Shown piece by piece: positions 62,006 to 64,000 of a stretch of DNA of 64,000 nt. The position numbers were made by a program, and so were the translations under genes. A model generated the notes under the pieces. That model saw only the letters and a list, made by a program, of their open reading frames with translations, did no database searches and was not told the origin of the DNA. The DNA lies in contig CAWCFX010000006.1 in the NCBI GenBank assembly GCA_963795085.1, positions 64,001 through 128,000 of the forward strand, read 5' to 3'. Position 1 is the stretch's first letter, and each line of letters opens with the position of its first letter. This DNA is from an uncultured Gemmatimonadales bacterium (GTDB taxonomy: Bacteria; Gemmatimonadota; Gemmatimonadetes; Gemmatimonadales; GWC2-71-9).

Positions 62006-62095
62006 AAACAGCGGCGGACACCGAATAAGCCGCCGGCGCATCCCGTTCGTCCACCCCAACTCATCTGATCCACCGTCTATCCGCCCGTCCGCCAA

Positions 62096-62179
62096 TGGTG
62101 GGGGTAGGATTCGAACCTACGTAGGGCAGAGCCCGGCAGATTTACAGTCTGCTACCATTAGCCACTCGGTCACCCCACC
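62096..62179 (-). tRNA. tRNA-Tyr(GTA) with long variable arm
   Basis: GGTGGGG/CCCCACC, GCAGA-CTGTAAA-TCTGC, GGTTCGAAT. Confidence 0.96.
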
Positions 62180-62266
62180 GACAGCCACTCAGGCCCCTTA
62201 CGACACAGAACCCCGCCGCCCTGCGGGGTTCGAAAAACTCAATTGGGCCGGCTGCAGCTTCTCCAC

Positions 62267-62342
62267 TGGAGCTGACGATGGGAATCGAACCCATAACCTC
62301 CCGCTTACAAGGCGGGTGCTCTGCCAATTGAGCTACGTCAGC
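62267..62342 (-). tRNA. tRNA-Thr(TGT), CCA encoded
   Basis: GCTGACG/CGTCAGC, CCCGC-CTTGTAA-GCGGG, GGTTCGATT, TCCA. Confidence 0.97.
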
Positions 62343-62349
62343 CGGACAG

Positions 62350-62397
62350 CCAAAAATGGCAGACCCATATGATAAACAGTGAGTTAGCGTGGGTCAA
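62350..62397 (-). promoter_or_regulatory. Sigma70-type promoter of tRNA-tuf operon with downstream GTCTGCCATTTTT motif
   Basis: TTGACC-N17-TATCAT (62397-62369). Confidence 0.82.
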
Positions 62398-62566
62398 CGG
62401 GGCCGGGCTGGATCAGAAGAAGCGGGCTAAGCATCATGGGGGCGAGGGATTGTCCCCATCCGCGTCGGGCTCCGCCGTGGCGCGGCTGCGACAGGAGGGG
62501 GCTGGTGCCGGTGGCCGGGCCCGGGGCGGAGTGCATAAACACCTGAAATCCAATGACTTAGACTAT

Positions 62567-64000
62567 CTACCGCTGGCCTCTCACCTTGACCGGAAATGGA
62601 ATACCCCCGACTTCGCCCAGGGTTGCGGAGCCCAGTTGGCCGGAGGTTGCAGCGCCCCAGCAATACGCGGTTGACTGGACCGTGATTCCGCAGGTGTGGC
62701 CGGACCCGGCACTCAGCAACCGGAAGGTCAGGCCACCCAGCACCGGGACCGGAGTGGTACGTCGGGATCCGTTGGGCAGAAACGACCCGTCTCCAAGTTG
62801 GCCGGAGGTATTCGCGCCCCAGCAATAGGCCTGACCCGTGGCGGTCAACCCGCAGCTGTGGGAGTATCCCATGGTGAGCGCTGTAAACTTGAAGCCTCCC
62901 GGAAGGAGGGCAGGATGCGGATCCCCCGCCCCTGTGGGCCAGCAGTACACGTCCTGGGACAAGGCAAGCCCGCAGGCGCGGCGCTCCCCATTCCTGACCT
63001 CTGAGAACTGGTGTCCCCCGGTGACCATAAGGGGCAGAGGACTGTCAGTCCGAACCCCGTTGCCGAGCTGCCCAGAATAGTTGTCTCCCCAGCAGTATGC
63101 GGCACCCGCACCCGTCAGCCCGCAGACATGATAAGAACCCGCCGCAATATCGCTGAAACTGTGGCCTCCCACCACGGCGGTCGGCACACTCCGGGGTAGT
63201 TCCGTTCCATCCCCAAGAGCACCGTGATAGTTGGAACCCCAGCACCACGCCGCCCCGCCAGAATCAACGCCGCAGATGGCCGAGGAGCCGATGGCCAGCT
63301 TCGAGAACGCATGGCCGCCGGGCACCAGGGTCGGACTGCCGCCCCAGCACCAGGTCTCGACCCCAGTCAGGCCGCACGCCCCCGAACTCCCCGCGACGAC
63401 CGCCTGAAACACAAGGCCGCCCGACACCGGGACGGGAGCGTCACTGAACGTGGATCCGTTTCCAAGCGACCCGAATCCCCAGCACCAGGCGGCACCGGCG
63501 GCGTCGAGGGCGCAGGTGGGCCCCCGCGTTGAGATGTCAGCAAAAACATGACCCCCGGTGACCAGTTCGGGGGTATGGACCGAGATCGCCGGCGACCCGG
63601 TCCCCAGTCCGCCACCGTAGTTGGCGCCCCAGCACCACGCTTCTCCGTTGGCCGTCAGGCCGCAAGTGGAGTACTCCCCGGCGCTGATCCGTGTGAAGAC
63701 ATGGCCGCCAGCAACCTTCGCCGCCGGGTACTGAACGTTCTGGGAACCGGTCACGCCGGTGCCCAGTTGCCCTTCGGTATTGGCGCCCCAGCACCATGCC
63801 TCGCCCAGAGAGGTGAGACCGCAGCTGTGCTCACCCCCCTCGCTGATCGACGCGAAGGCCACCGAAGCCGCCTCGGCCACCGGAATGTTGCTCTCCTTTC
63901 CTGCATGATGAAACCGCTTGAAGCCCCAGCACCAGGCCACTCCGCTCCCGTCCAGCCCACACCCGCGGTCGAACTCCCCACTCACCTGGGTGAAGGAATG
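62567..64000 (-). CDS. RCC1/BLIP-II repeat protein (5' end probably outside window)
   Basis: About ten CGL..G.A(W/Y)CWG repeats, several continuing N..GQLG. Confidence 0.9.
   Translation of the reverse strand, partial: HSFTQVSGEFDRGCGLDGSGVAWCWGFKRFHHAGKESNIPVAEAASVAFASISEGGEHSCGLTSLGEAWCWGANTEGQLGTGVTGSQNVQYPAAKVAGGHVFTRISAGEYSTCGLTANGEAWCWGANYGGGLGTGSPAISVHTPELVTGGHVFADISTRGPTCALDAAGAAWCWGFGSLGNGSTFSDAPVPVSGGLVFQAVVAGSSGACGLTGVETWCWGGSPTLVPGGHAFSKLAIGSSAICGVDSGGAAWCWGSNYHGALGDGTELPRSVPTAVVGGHSFSDIAAGSYHVCGLTGAGAAYCWGDNYSGQLGNGVRTDSPLPLMVTGGHQFSEVRNGERRACGLALSQDVYCWPTGAGDPHPALLPGGFKFTALTMGYSHSCGLTATGQAYCWGANTSGQLGDGSFLPNGSRRTTPVPVLGGLTFRLLSAGSGHTCGITVQSTAYCWGAATSGQLGSATLGEVGGIPFPVKVRGQR

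Noticed and set aside
61719..62054. 112-codon in-frame extension of tuf through two tRNA genes
   Set aside because: Runs across intact tRNA-Gly and tRNA-Thr; the other copy fixes the start at MAKAKF.
62400..62566. Integrative-element attachment site near the tRNAs
   Set aside because: No duplicated tRNA 3' end and no integrase seen.

Overview
High-GC bacterial chromosome segment; gene content and ribosomal-protein extensions suggest Gemmatimonadota (inference, no search run). About 60% is core translation/transcription on the minus strand: tRNA-Thr/Tyr/Gly/Thr, tuf, rpmG-secE-nusG-rplKAJL-rpoBC, an ~8.7 kb accessory block, then str-S10-spc through adk-map, with no alpha operon following. The left third holds trpS, a degenerate PilT-like ATPase, purA, a four-gene minor type IV pilin cluster, and a run of minus-strand genes from glyQS to priA that includes a ubiquitin-like protein next to a histone deacetylase. 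No CRISPR array, transposase, integrase or rRNA was seen. Best leads: the ubiquitin-like gene in a tightly coupled cluster of unknowns; a promoter-proximal terminator before purA; an identical start-site motif in the rpsL and tRNA promoters; a structured RNA before fusA; RpoB H526N; families of 7/9-mer tandem and palindromic repeats placed just after stop codons; and three single-site lesions confined to accessory genes. All calls come from reading motifs by eye.
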